Shown: positions 22,868 through 34,817 of the stretch, piece after piece | Layout of the letters: every line of letters starts with the position of its first letter | Numbering within the stretch: position 1 is the first letter of the stretch | NCBI GenBank assembly: GCA_040437565.1 | Contig: JBDOQK010000028.1 | Coordinates: 62,001 to 126,000 of the forward strand | Direction: 5' to 3' | Source: Albugo candida | Taxonomy: Eukaryota | DNA: 64,000 nt | The notes under the pieces: generated by a model | Seen by the model: only the letters and a program-made list of their open reading frames with translations | The model's database searches: none | What the model was told of the DNA's origin: nothing | Made by a program: the position numbers and the translations under genes

Positions 22868-25800
22868 ATGAACCATCAGGAACGAACACCACGTAAAAAG
22901 AAGAAACTGTATGCGGAGCTACTTCCTTCACCACATCTTCCTCAACGACGTAATCGTCAAAGAAACGGGAGACAACAGCCAACACAAGAGAAAATCGTAT
23001 GGAAGGATTCTCCAGCAGGAAAGCAAATGCAAAGCTCGGGAACTGGAAAGTACGTAATCGTCATCGCATCTCATCGCTCATTCTCTCTCCACAGCAAAAT
23101 CGAATTGCAACAAGAAATCAAAGGTTTTCTGTGTCGTCTGACGGATTCCTTCGATTCCGTCGCAACTGAAAACCCCAAACGAAAAGCGCGATCTTCTTCG
23201 AAATCCCTTCCAATGCGCTCGCACGTCCGCAAATCACAAAGTCCCATTCCAAACGCAAAAGACTCCCACACGAACATTTCTGATAATTGGATACAAATTC
23301 TCAACCAAATGGAACAAAAATACGACAATACAAAAGACCCCAAACCAATTCTCATCACACCGCCAAAAACAAAACCAAAACCAAAACCAAAACCAAACTC
23401 TCCCATCACCGACACATGGAGTCCGTTAACCGAAGAATCCTGGAAACTTCTCGATCAGATCGAAAATGAAGCCACACAACGCCCTAACGCCTCGACGTTG
23501 GATCATCTCCATGCTGTGGTCCTTGAGACAGATTCCAAGCCGGACGATCGACAAATCCGTTTGGGTTTGTACTCACCCGAGACAGAAGTATCCATCGACG
23601 TGGTCCTTGCGGAGGATTGGTATGACACTGACATTCGCGTCGGTGATTCATTGAATCTGATCTTTCTACAGACAAACACGGGCGTAGATGCTTGTTACAG
23701 CACATTTCCTCTCACAGAAGACGTACTTTGCTCTCAATCGATTTATGTGAACAACAGGCAACACGCTGTGATTGTGCATCCCAATGTTTTGGTACGTAAT
23801 GCAATCCGTCGCATGGAGACTCACATTCCATTCAGGTGAGCCCCACGAGCGTGACAACGACGTTGGATTGCGTACGACGCGCGTGGATCCGTGAAACGTG
23901 GCGAATGAGTGCATCCACAAATTCGAACGCTCTGCTGGGAATAATGAAACACGAATTGTTCCAAAAGGCGTTGACGTGTCGACGTTGGGATCATTCGTTT
24001 CTATCGGATACGGCTGAAGAAATTGTGCGTCAAAAGTGCGTAGCAATCGAATCAAAGCTTCTCATTTGTCTCATCGGATATCGTTGTAGCACTTTACAAC
24101 TAATCGATTGCGGGCTCCATGAAGCGGAAGCGATCGAGCAGCTGCAATTCGCTTCCAAAGAGTTTCAAATGTGGTTGGAAACGTGTTTCTCCACAGAAAA
24201 TGGCCTTCGTATCGAGGACACGAGTTCATCGCCAAGTCGACTCGTTATCGACAAAGTAGTAGCGACAGAGGAAGCGATATATTCGACGAAATGGGGGCTC
24301 AAAGGCGCGCTGGATGCGACATTACTCGCATCGTTCTCAGCGCACGAGGAGAAGCAAATCATTCCTTTGGAACTAAAGACAGGAGCGATCAAAGGGTACC
24401 GAATTCCTCCCGAGCATGTCGGCCAAGTGCTTCTGTATACGCTGTTATTGAAGGAGCGATATGGAGACATTGCTGGAACCGATGGGATTTTGATGTATTC
24501 ATCGGGCAACACGATGCGCGTGAGATCGGTTGCAGCTCATATTCGCGGACTCCTTCAGGCTCGAAATCGATGTGCGAATTCGAATTTCAGGTCGTCGATG
24601 CGAAGTGTGGGATTGCGTTCGTTTCCGGCAATGTTACAGCGTCCAAGCGATTGTAAGCGTTGCTACCAATTGGATGTTTGCCTGTTGCATCATTACGTAA
24701 TGGAAAGCGGTGATGCGACTTCAAGCGGTTTGGATGAATTGTTCACAGCGAAAATGAAGCATTTGAGTTTGGAGCATATTCGCTACTTGAGGAAATGGAT
24801 GCAATTGCTGTTGCTGGAAGAGCGTTTTGTGGCAAAGGATTCGAACGCTTTTGGATCGTGTTTTCTGTCCGATTTGGAGCAAAGTCCTTTGAATTCTCTG
24901 ACGCGCGTATTGCGTCTAAAGACATTGGAAATGGTTTCGACGACACTGACAATAAACGATCGCGTTGTGATTTCTGTCGAATCGATCGATAAGAAAAAGA
25001 GGATTCTCCATGTGGCTCGAGGTCGCATTATGGAGCTTGAGAATGAAATGGATCGATTGAATGTCAACGTGGAAATCCTTCAGCCGGTGCCGACATATAT
25101 CCTTTCGGGGCAATCGCAAGTCGGTGCGGCATTCACGTGGCGCATCGATTTGGATACGGGGATGCAGGCATTCTCACGTGCGAAAGAGAATCTCATTCGA
25201 TTATTTCTTCCTGGAAACTCGCGAGAATGTGCGATTCCAATGGGAACCGTACGCGAGTTGGAATCGAAGGAAGACGCTGGCGATCTCCGACGACGTCAAC
25301 TTATCGATTTGATCGCACCGAAATTCACATTGGAATCCTTTGAATGTATGATATCCTCTGTATCGAATCGTCAGCGTTTTGTAGCGGAATTCCAAGCATT
25401 GAATATCGATCAACGCGATGTGGTGACGAGTGTATTGAATGCGTTGGATTATGCGTTGGTGCTGGGAATGCCGGGAACCGGGAAGACGTCGGTGTTGGCG
25501 TTCATTGTTCGTGTGCTGATGGCTCGAGGTATGTCTGTGTTGATTACGAGCTATACGCACTCGGCAGTCGATCATTTGTTGGAGAAAATTGTCCAAGGAT
25601 TTGGATGCGAATGCATTTCCATGCTTCGAATTGGCGGGAAAACGGATGTTCCGTCTCCGATATTGGCGCCATATTTCTTGAAAACGACTGAAAATACGTC
25701 GGAATTGGAGACGAAATGCATCGATACCAAGCTGATTGGAGTGACGTGCTTGAGCATTCCACATCATGTGATCTTCCGTAAACGACGATTTGACTTTTGT

Positions 25801-26847
25801 ATTGTCGATGAAGCCTCACAGATCACCGAACCGATTGTATTGGGAGCTTTAGCGTGTGCGGATACCTTTGTACTGGTTGGAGATCCACATCAACTTCCAC
25901 CGTTAGTCAAGTGTCCGGAAGCTCGTCAACGACCGAACAGCCTCGATGTGAGCCTTTTCGAGCGGTTGAGTGAGGCGCATCCTGAAGCGGTGCGACAATT
26001 AACGATCCAATATCGCATGAATGACGACATTATGCGTCTTGTGAATCATTTGGTGTATGAAAATCAGTTGAAATGTGGTACTTTGGAGGTGGCGAAGAAA
26101 CGCGTACGGCTCCATTGGCGATGGAATGGACGCAGAAACGAGGTTCCAATGCTGGCAAACATGCTCGAGAACCAGCAGGGCGTCACGTGGATCAATACGG
26201 ATCCGTTGGGTGAGGAAGCGTACGAGTCCAAAGCCCAAAGGAACACTACTAAAATGGAAAATCACGTCGAAGCTCGTGTGATTCTATCGCTTGTGGGAAT
26301 CCTTCGTGCGGGTGGCGTCCGTTGTGAGGATATTGCGATTGTTTCGCCATTTCGGGCTCAAGTATCCAAAATGGAAAAGCTCGTTCGAGAGCGAGGATTG
26401 CCACACATGGAAGTGTGCACGATTGACAGGTACCAGGGACGAGATCGTGAGATTGTGTGCATTTCGTTCGTGCGAAGTAATGCGTCAGGACGAGTTGGGG
26501 AGCTTCTCAGTGATTGGAGGCGATTGAATGTGGCATTGACGCGAGCCAAGCAGAAATTGGTGCTTGTGGGCTCTATGAAGACGTTAGAGCATGCAGATGG
26601 GATCCTACCGGGCTTGATTGGATTGATTCGACAATGTGGGGTGCAGTGGGAGTTTCCGCTCACAAAGAGCGTTTGGGAAGAAGTTTTGATTGCAGAAGCC
26701 TGGAGCAAAGGGAACGACGTGGAGCCTGAAATGGAGGTATCGCCAATGACTGGTAAAGAGGTGAGGACGCAAAGGATGGTTCCGTGTGGTGTAAGCGACG
26801 ATATTGAGCAATTGGTGCCGACAAGTTATCTTCGTCACGTCCGATGA
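22868..26847 (+). CDS. DNA2: DNA replication ATP-dependent helicase/nuclease DNA2 (introns ~23050-23094, 23792-23835, 24036-24089)
   Basis: IVHPNVL|VSPT..C.RR; GIMKHELFQ; EEAIYSTKWGLKGALD..PLELKTG; QVLLYTLL; CKRC..LDVC Fe-S cysteines; GMPGTGKT, DEASQ, GDPHQL, QYRMN, RRLNVALTRAK. Confidence 0.95.
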
Positions 26848-27146
26848 ATATGTGTTTCTACAGGATGGAGTCGAGCCAATTACCAAGAATGTGGATTCTG
26901 TAACGGTTGTAATATGCGTTCATAGAGGTTTGTATCTTCGTTAAGCAGCGAATGAGAAGCATTTTCTGGCGGCATTCCAACGCCGATGCAGGCAATATCC
27001 ATGCGTACACCACCTCCATCGCATTCGGTATCGAATAGAGTCCTAAACGCTCCCAAAGGAGCGCATGGTTGGAGAGTATTTTGTAGCTACACTCATTTCA
27101 AACGTATATGTATTTCAAATTAATCGCATGTTTCGACAAGTGACAC

Positions 27147-27785
27147 TCATTGTGCAGTAGCAGCCATACTCACTTCCCTTTCTTCCTCTTCGATGTGGTG
27201 TTTCTGAGCGATTTCTGTGTGTTGGCTTTGCGGTAGTAAGAATTTGATAAGCGCCGATGAAGTTACCCCAAACAGTGGACGGAATTGTGCGTACGCAAAT
27301 GCGACAAACGGAAGATTCGAAAACACAGAGTAGAAATCCCAATGATCGGTGTGTCGCGATACCTTTCCGTTACTCAGTTCGATGACTGTGAACACTCGGA
27401 GTGCGATTCGCATAAAGCTTGGAAATGGCTTCAATCGGTATACCATCATACTGTCAATTGTCAATACCGCGCCGCCAGCCATGGATCCACGCACCAAATT
27501 CGCTTTAGAGGAGCTGATAAAGCATGGGAGTGCTCGAAATTGGGCTTGTATGTTGTCGATTCCTTGTACGCTGACGAGCGGATCGGTAAATGTTGCGTCC
27601 GGAAGGTAAAGGGAAGGAATGATTGCGTCAGAGGAGTTGCTTACATCGTAAAGGGAAAGAATCGACTCTGCGAGCTCCTGTGCGTTTCGTGTAGACATTG
27701 TAGAAACTTGTGTGTGGGTGGACGCTGGCGTTTGAGTTTGGAGATCTTTTTCTTCCGTCTGACAGTTAAAATTCGAATACGCCAT
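27147..27785 (-). CDS. NTF2/SnoaL-like fold protein (DUF2358-like)
   Basis: LYLPDATFTDPLVSVQGIDNIQAQF ... GKVSRHTDHWD; the true start may be the internal Met at 27698. Confidence 0.8.
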   Translation of the reverse strand: MAYSNFNCQTEEKDLQTQTPASTHTQVSTMSTRNAQELAESILSLYDVSNSSDAIIPSLYLPDATFTDPLVSVQGIDNIQAQFRALPCFISSSKANLVRGSMAGGAVLTIDSMMVYRLKPFPSFMRIALRVFTVIELSNGKVSRHTDHWDFYSVFSNLPFVAFAYAQFRPLFGVTSSALIKFLLPQSQHTEIAQKHHIEEEEREVSMAATAQ

Positions 27786-28271
27786 TTGTCGCAGAATCAG
27801 ATTGGAATCAGATCTGATTCGGATGGATGCATTGGGTTAGAATGTGGAAGGATTAGTAATGCGGATTGAAATACGTGTGTGCGTTCTTTCCAACAATTTG
27901 GACGGTGTGTATAGCATGGAAGCTGCACGTGTGCCGTTCGAATTTACAAATTCGCGATAATACCTCCATCATATAATAAGTATTCATATGGAATACTTGC
28001 TTTCGATCAAATGTGTGATTGAAGGCATTTGTAAATGAATACTTGTGATATCTGATAANNNNNNNNNNNNNNNNNNNNNNNNNNNNNNNNNNNNNNNNNN
28101 NNNNNNNNNNNNNNNNNNNNNNNNNNNNNNNNNNNNNNNNNNNNNNNNNNNNNNNNNNTGAAGGCATTTGTAAATGAATACTTGTGATATCTGATAAAGT
28201 AGCACTGGCAGCCGTGGAATGGAAACGCAAGCACCAACGTTGCCATTTTCCATCTTTCTTTGTCGCGCAAA

Positions 28272-28655
28272 ATGCAATCCCTTACGAAAGCTCTTTTCAC
28301 TCTTTGGTATATTGCCTTTTACGCGACTCCATCATCTTGCGAGGCACGGAACAATATACGATTTGAGTCAAACGATGTCGTTCTTACAAAGCCCAATACA
28401 TCACCGCATACTTCAAAAATGACAAAGTCTTCAGAACCTTCGGTCAACCTCATACCGCCAAGAAATCTAATGACCGATATTCTCATGAAAACAATGCTGT
28501 TGAACAATGCCGTTCAGCACTTTCAAATGTTCACTCAGAATCTCATAGGTATCGACCACATGGCCAAAATGACAGCTCAACAGACTGCGCAGCAGCACAA
28601 GCAGCAGGAACAACGGGACGAAGCTGTGAGTGCACAAGAAGACGTCCTCGGATAA
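28272..28655 (+). CDS. Small secreted protein, unknown function
   Basis: MQSLTKALFTLWYIAFYATPSSCEA signal-like N-terminus; Met/Gln-rich C-terminal half; INR-like CCATTTTCCATC at ~28243. Confidence 0.65.
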   Translation: MQSLTKALFTLWYIAFYATPSSCEARNNIRFESNDVVLTKPNTSPHTSKMTKSSEPSVNLIPPRNLMTDILMKTMLLNNAVQHFQMFTQNLIGIDHMAKMTAQQTAQQHKQQEQRDEAVSAQEDVLG

Positions 28656-28767
28656 AGTATCAAAGCAATAGACAGTTCTTTCTCTAATGCTTAAATATGA
28701 TTTGTTTCCACACTTATAAAGTACCACTGTTCGATTATTTTCACCTTTTCGTTCTGAATCCTCTGTT

Positions 28768-28784
28768 CTCACTTTTCGAATTGC
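28768..28784 (+). promoter_or_regulatory. Oomycete INR/FPR-like core promoter
   Basis: CTCACTTTTCGAATTGC, ~25-40 nt upstream of ATG 28807; resembles YCAYTYY-N-CAWTT. Confidence 0.45.
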
Positions 28785-28806
28785 TTCCTCTGACAAAAGA
28801 GAATTG

Positions 28807-30722
28807 ATGAAGATTTTCCCCGGTTTTGTACTGTTATGCTGCTTGGCGGATGCACGTGAAGAAGGTACTTATCTGATAGAATTGATGCTCTATTACTATG
28901 CGATCACTACGTAGAAGAGGTTCAAGTACATCACATTAGGAAGAGCGGTATGAGCGATCCTGTGTCCGGTGAGCAGAGGCATTCTGTGCATTCAGAGCAT
29001 GCGGGAGCATCGAGTCATTCGGCGCGTATGAATCACATGGAGAACGGTCCGAAATCGCACGTGGATATCGACGCAATGCATGGAGGCGCACGTCCTGAGG
29101 AAGCGAGTACTTTTCGTCCGCAATCAGGAAATGGATTGAGTGAAGCAGTAGACAGCTCGCGTTCGACGGGATCTCGAAGCCCGACAGAAGATGCGACAAC
29201 GGATCTGTCACATTCGAATGAGATAAATGCAGCGTTTGATAGTTTAAATGGCAATGGGGCTCCATCCGATACACATTTGCAGGATACCGGGTTACCAGGA
29301 GGTGCAGGTAATGGAGATCACTCGACCATTAGTGAATCTTTGGCGGATGGTAAGATGATTGGACCTCAATTACCTGGTGATACGTTGGGTCCAAGCGATG
29401 ATAACCTGGCAAGTGGAGATGGTGGGGGTGGATTGCATACGATCACAGATGTTGGGCATGATTTAGGTGATTTCCATGAGGGTGATGCCGTGGAGAATCA
29501 TATTGGCGCAGAAGGTCATGTGGAAGACGACTTAGATGCTCATGAGCATGAGCACGAGCACGAGCATGATCATGAGCACGAACATGATCATGATCATGAG
29601 CACGGTAAAGACCACGAACATGACGACGAACATGGTCATGGGCACAAGTCAAGTGATGGGAGCCTTAGTACTCAAGATCTTCTCTTAGCAAATATGGCGG
29701 GTGGTGGTGGAATGGGAGGAATGGGCGGAATGGGTGGGTATGATAGTTATGGAGGAATGGGTGGAATGGGTGGGATGGGTATGGGAATGGATGGAATGGG
29801 TGGAATGGGTGGAATGGGAATGGGAATGGATGGAATGGGTGGAATGGGTGGAATGGGTGGGATGGGTATGGGTATGGATGGAATGGGTGGAGGAATGGGC
29901 GGGATGGGTGGGGGAATGGACGGAATGGGTGGAGGAATGGACGGCTCAGGCGGAGGAATGGGTGGAGGAATGGACGGATCTGGCGGAGGAATGGGTGGAG
30001 GAATGGACGGCTCAGGCGGAGGAATGGGTGGAGGAATGGACGGCTCAGGCGGAGGAATGGGTGGAGGAATGGGAGGAGGAATGGGTGGTGGTATGGACGG
30101 TTCAGGGGGCGGAGAAATGGGTGGAGGTATGGGTGGAGATTCTGGTGGTCTAAAGGGCAAAGGAGGCAAAGAATCAATTGGTGGTAGTGGTGAGTCAAGT
30201 GGAAAAGGAGATGGCGGAATGAACGAGAAAGACAGTGAAATGGGAGATGACAAGGAAGATAAAGAAAGTAAAGGCGATAAAGGTGAGGAAAGCGGTGACG
30301 ATACCAAAGACACTGACGACACCAAAGATAATGATACCAAAGACACGGAGGAGGCTAAGGAGGGAGACGATAGCAAAGATGGAGACGAGAGCAAAGACGG
30401 AGAGGGAAAGAAAGATGACGAGAGCGAATCCAATGGCAGCGAGAGCGAAAGCGAGACGCCGTCGAGAGGTGAGAGTACCGGAAATGATGTCGGAGATGAA
30501 GTAAAACACTCCAAACACAAATCTCTGAAGAAAGAAAGCGAATTGTTAACAACGAATGAAAGCGAATCGTCTGAAAAAGGTAAAGATGAAATGAAACCTT
30601 CGAAAAAGCGAGAAATCTCATCGAGGAAAATTGAAGGTACGCCAACAAACATGGACGATATGGGAAACAATGAAGATAAAACGATTCATGAGAAGGATGG
30701 ACGTGCAATGTCAAGCATGTGA
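28807..30722 (+). CDS. Secreted His-rich / Gly-Gly-Met-repeat / acidic low-complexity protein 1 (intron 28865-28914)
   Basis: Exon 1 MKIFPGFVLLCCLADAREE splices in phase 1 into EEVQVHHIRKSGMSDP..., in frame with ORF 28950-30722; (HE/HD)n tract, ~150 aa of GGM/GGGMDGSG repeats and a D/E/K/S tail. Confidence 0.85.
29541..29644 (+). repeat. Coding His-Glu/His-Asp dipeptide repeat
   Basis: CAYGAR/CAYGAY hexamers encoding HEHEHEHEHDHEHEHDHDHEH...HGHGH. Confidence 0.9.
29693..30140 (+). repeat. Coding GGM repeat with 33-nt higher-order unit (GGGMDGSGGGM)
   Basis: GGTGGAATG-type 9-mers plus tandem GGTGGAGGAATGGACGGCTCAGGCGGAGGAATG units. Confidence 0.9.
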
Positions 30723-30978
30723 ATGCTGTCTAATGTAACGAGCGAGGCTCAATAAAGTCTGTAGCTNNNNNNNNNNNNNNNNNNNNNNNNNNNNNNNNNN
30801 NNNNNNNNNNNNNNNNNNNNNNNNNNNNNNNNNNNNNNNNNNNNNNNNNNNNNNNNNNNNNNNNNNATACACCGACGACATTCAAGCAAGAAAATGCTCC
30901 CAGTGCCACATTTTCGCATTCTTAAAACTCAAAAGTACCACGTTGGCAAAAGAATACTGTTCTGCGAATGCTTTAAAC

Positions 30979-30995
30979 CTCATTTCTCAATTGTT
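30979..30995 (+). promoter_or_regulatory. Oomycete INR/FPR core promoter
   Basis: CTCATTTCTCAATTGTT matches YCATTYY-N-CAWTT and lies ~30-50 nt upstream of ATG 31027. Confidence 0.6.
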
Positions 30996-31026
30996 GCTTC
31001 AGCGCACAAGCAAAGTATTACTTAAA

Positions 31027-32399
31027 ATGAAACTGAGGAAAGCCGAATCCATCGCGTTGCTCTCTGTGCTATCAATTCACATCGATGCGTGTAAGTCACT
31101 CTCACTCTATTTTTTTATGAAAACACGCGCTAATTGTTTTGCAGTTTTGGTGCAAACGCATGTGACGCACATGCGATCGGCTCACGAGCCAAAGGTATCG
31201 ATTGAAAAGGAGACGAGTGTCGTTACACGAAAAGAAACACAGCACGTTTCCTCACCATCTTCAGGATCTTTGCATGCGATGGATGTATCTGTATCGCACG
31301 ATGATTCTGGTGATGATAGAGTACAACACCACGCGAGAGGACACGAGCACGAGGTTGTGCTTCATGCCACAGGGTCTGAGGGAAGTCCAGGGTCTGAAGT
31401 GAGTGGAGAAGCGCCGAGACACAAGCACACGAATGAGATATCATCGGAATCAGCGACTCATTCGTCTGAGGGAAATACTGGTTCTGAAGTGAGTGGAGAA
31501 GCGCCGAGACACAAGCATACGAGTGAGATATCATCGGAATCGGCAACTCATTCGTCTGAAGCGGAAAAACAGAAATCACACCATTTTCGAGGCGAGGAGG
31601 AATCCAGCAAATCAGATGATCACACAGAGAATGATCACAGAGAGAATCACAAACACGCAAGTAGCGATACCAAATCTGAGTCGGACAAAGAGAATGAAGT
31701 CGAGCCTTATACCAGTAAAGAATCCAATTTTAAAGATGAAAAGCAAGAACACAAAAGTGACAAGAAAGCTGGCGCGCACGATGTCGATACGCATAAAGTT
31801 GGTGAAGCGGCGAAAGAAGGAGATGGGAATCATGCGCATGTAGAGAATCCTCATGCGAAGAAAGAGGATATGATCGAAGGCGAACATAAACTAAAGGATG
31901 GGGAGCTGAAAGATAGTGTGATTGAAGGCGAACATAAACTAAAGGATGGGGACCTGAAAGAGGATGAAAAGACCAAGGTTGGAGAGCACGGAGAACACGA
32001 AATTGAATCAACAAGCAAAACATCGAATTCAACTGACCATATTCATCGACACGATTCCAGCTGTTATGATTGTTATGACGGTAGTGGCAGCAGCGCTTTG
32101 ATGGCGAGTTCTATGATGGGAGGTATGGGAGGAATGGGTGGAATGGGTGGTATGGGAATGATGGGAGACATGGGTGGAATGGGAATGATGGGCGGGATGG
32201 GCGGGATGGGAGATATGAGTGGTATGGGAGGAATGGGCGGAATGGGAGATATGAGTGGTATGGGCGGAATGGGTGGAGCTGGAGGAATGGGTGATTCTAG
32301 TGGAATGGGCGGAGCTGGAGGAATGGGTGATTCTAGTGGAATGGGCGGAGCTGGAGGAATGGGTGATTCTAGTGGAATGGGCGGAGCTGGAGGAATGGG
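31027..32399 (+). CDS. Secreted His-rich / Gly-Gly-Met-repeat protein 2 (intron 31091-31144), 3' end lost in gap
   Basis: MKLRKAESIALLSVLSIHIDA|GTAAGT...TTGCAG|FLVQTHVTHMRS; 26-aa and 16-aa internal duplications; HIHRHDSSCYDC; GGM repeats with a 39-nt unit (GGAGGMGDSSGM). Confidence 0.82.
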
Positions 32400-32898
32400 N
32401 NNNNNNNNNNNNNNNNNNNNNNNNNNNNNNNNNNNNNNNNNNNNNNNNNNNNNNNNNNNNNNNNNNNNNNNNNNNNNNNNNNNNNNNNNNNNNNNNNNNG
32501 GCACCAAGAGTATGAGCGAAGGAGAAGGGCTATTAAGAAGCCAAATATAAATTTTGATGAGAATTATGATACTTCTTCCAGCGCGTGTCCGCTGAAAATG
32601 CAACTTTTATCGAATCTTACTGAAAGAGATTGACTTCCTGTGTTGCAAGTACCTCATGACGCGGCAACAATCCTATACACGCGTCACGCAGTCATCTTTT
32701 GAGTGCGAGGGTGAGTGTGCCTCTTTGTTTTATCATCGCGTTAAAGAGCGAACATGCTCAGACCTCACTGCAGCAAAGGTCTTTTCTTCGAGGAAGATTT
32801 ATCGCGAATATCCAGCTTAATCGCTCGATTTCGAGATAGAGTGTCCTGCATGCTGCTCAGACTCGATTTTAAAAACTTGGACGACCAAATACTTACGA

Positions 32899-33601
32899 AA
32901 TGATTGCCCATTTCACGATCTCTTCGCCAACCAATTTGGTATCGCTGGAAATGAACATTATCCTTTATACGACTGGCGACCAGCTCTGCGTCAAGTGCGG
33001 AGCGGTTTCATTGAATGTCGTGGCCACCAACGCCCAGGAATTGTCTCGCTTGCTCTCGTGATATCGTGATACAATCGTTCGGCACCTCTGTGCCATTTAG
33101 CCAATTGTGCGCGTTATAACAGCCTACCTGAAGCAAAGACAGTATCACTTATATTTGGCCTTTATCAAAACGACTATCGAGGTATTCAGCGTAAATGCTG
33201 CATTGATTGTGAGTGCTTTCCTATTGTTATACAGTGATACTGTGCCAATTGAACTGAGAAAGGAGACGCAGATGTTGGAGACAGAGCTTTGTCACAATAT
33301 CTAAAGCAAGCATATTGTGCGGCTCATCAGGAAAGATGAAGAATATCTAATGCTGTAACATAAACTTGCACATCAGAATGAGAGGAAGCTGTATCGACAT
33401 ATCTGCTTTCGATACAATCGACGGGATGATTTGCTGCTACAAAACGCCCGCCTTCGTGATATGTTTCAGCAGCCGCTGTCACAGCGAATGGGACACGCTG
33501 TGTTTGATTCAGACAGTGGTTACTATCTCGAGAAACTAATCGGAAGAAGCTTCGAGTGTTTCAACAAGATCATACTGAAGATGTCGACCCGATTCAAATA
33601 G
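32899..33601 (+). pseudogene. Possible degenerate reading frame, unidentified
   Basis: One frame reads ~230 codons (MIAHFTISS...LCVKCGAV...KMSTRFK*) with only four internal stops; no recognisable domain. Confidence 0.25.
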
Positions 33602-34817
33602 TAGGGGACGTGGGACAATGTGACTTAATTTTATCGCTCCATTCATCTTAGAGAACGAATTGGCAACACTGCCAAAGTCCGCACAAAATGATTCGAAATG
33701 ATATGTGAGAAAAGTGATCGAGTCGGTTGATCACCAATCATCCGCATCGTAATTCTATAGCTTGGGGACCGGAAGAGATTGACACAGTATCCCCCTTCTC
33801 CTCGTAAAGACGGTACAGCAACATCCTGTATCATGTATCATTCAAGTACTCTTCTTCACGTTACTTCCCGATGTCCATCTTCATATCGATCATTGCAACG
33901 CATCAATCGCTTCCAAAACTCTTTTTAAGTGAGACTGGTGAAGAATTGCATGTTCCGATGCGCTAATTCTATCAATCGCTCTATTCACACCCAACAATTC
34001 TTTAAAAAACCAAAAAATGACGTTGTCTTCGCGTGTAGAAATCAACCTCCGGACAGAAAATGACGCTTTGGATTCGGATACTGTGTATTGCATCAATTTG
34101 GTCGCTCCGTCCAGTTTTCTTGGTTTTGATAGATTGAAAACTCTATGCAAAGTGCCTTTCTTCGAGTCGCCCCTTCCATCTTCCAGGCAATCACATTATT
34201 ATGCCGCATTCTGTGGTCCAATTACCAGTGACATTGATTGAGGTACAAGTGGGATTCTACAGAGTCCGAAACAAGCATCAGAGTTTCTTCGACGAACTAC
34301 CGTGGTTTGCATTAGTACCGGAACTCGCATCCAGAGCACATGTATGTATACATTTATGTTCATGCATCCAAACACAAGCACATCGCTGAAACTACGATGC
34401 TCTGCGGCCTATTTTCATATATGTTTTGTGCAATATGTCCGAAGGATTTGCTGTATGAAACACTACAGCTACATGGCTGAGGCAGCGCTGCATGATAGCT
34501 GAAGTGGCACAAGAGATTGCCTTTTCATTGCCATTTGAAGCTTATTGTAATCTGTATAGTCGTACTTGTATACGAGATCACAATAAAATCCTCTCGCAAT
34601 CTTTACTCAGCTGTTAGCTCTGATACAACAACGGTACTCTACTGCGCATCTGACAGTGCATCTCGTCAAAAACTTCCCAATCTTTTTGCGCTTCCTGTCT
34701 CGCGTTCCTACGGATTCGATGAGCTTGTCAGTTCGAATCATCGCTGAGCCAACACGACATAGGTAGGAGTGCTCGTTTACATTCAGCAGCAGAGATACGA
34801 CAGGAAGAAGTTATACT

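Noticed and set aside
23366-23397. (AAACCA)n microsatellite or telomere-like repeat
   Set aside because: Encodes a short KPKPKP tract in the disordered DNA2 N-terminus; not the oomycete TTTAGGG telomere repeat.
29929-30060. CRISPR-like regularly spaced repeats
   Set aside because: Contiguous in-frame coding tandem repeats without unique spacers, in a eukaryote with no cas genes.
29665-30670. Pro-rich antisense ORFs (PPIPP) and Trp/Glu-rich alternative-frame ORFs
   Set aside because: Shadow frames of the GGM repeat; signal exon, promoter and splice sites support the Gly/Met frame.
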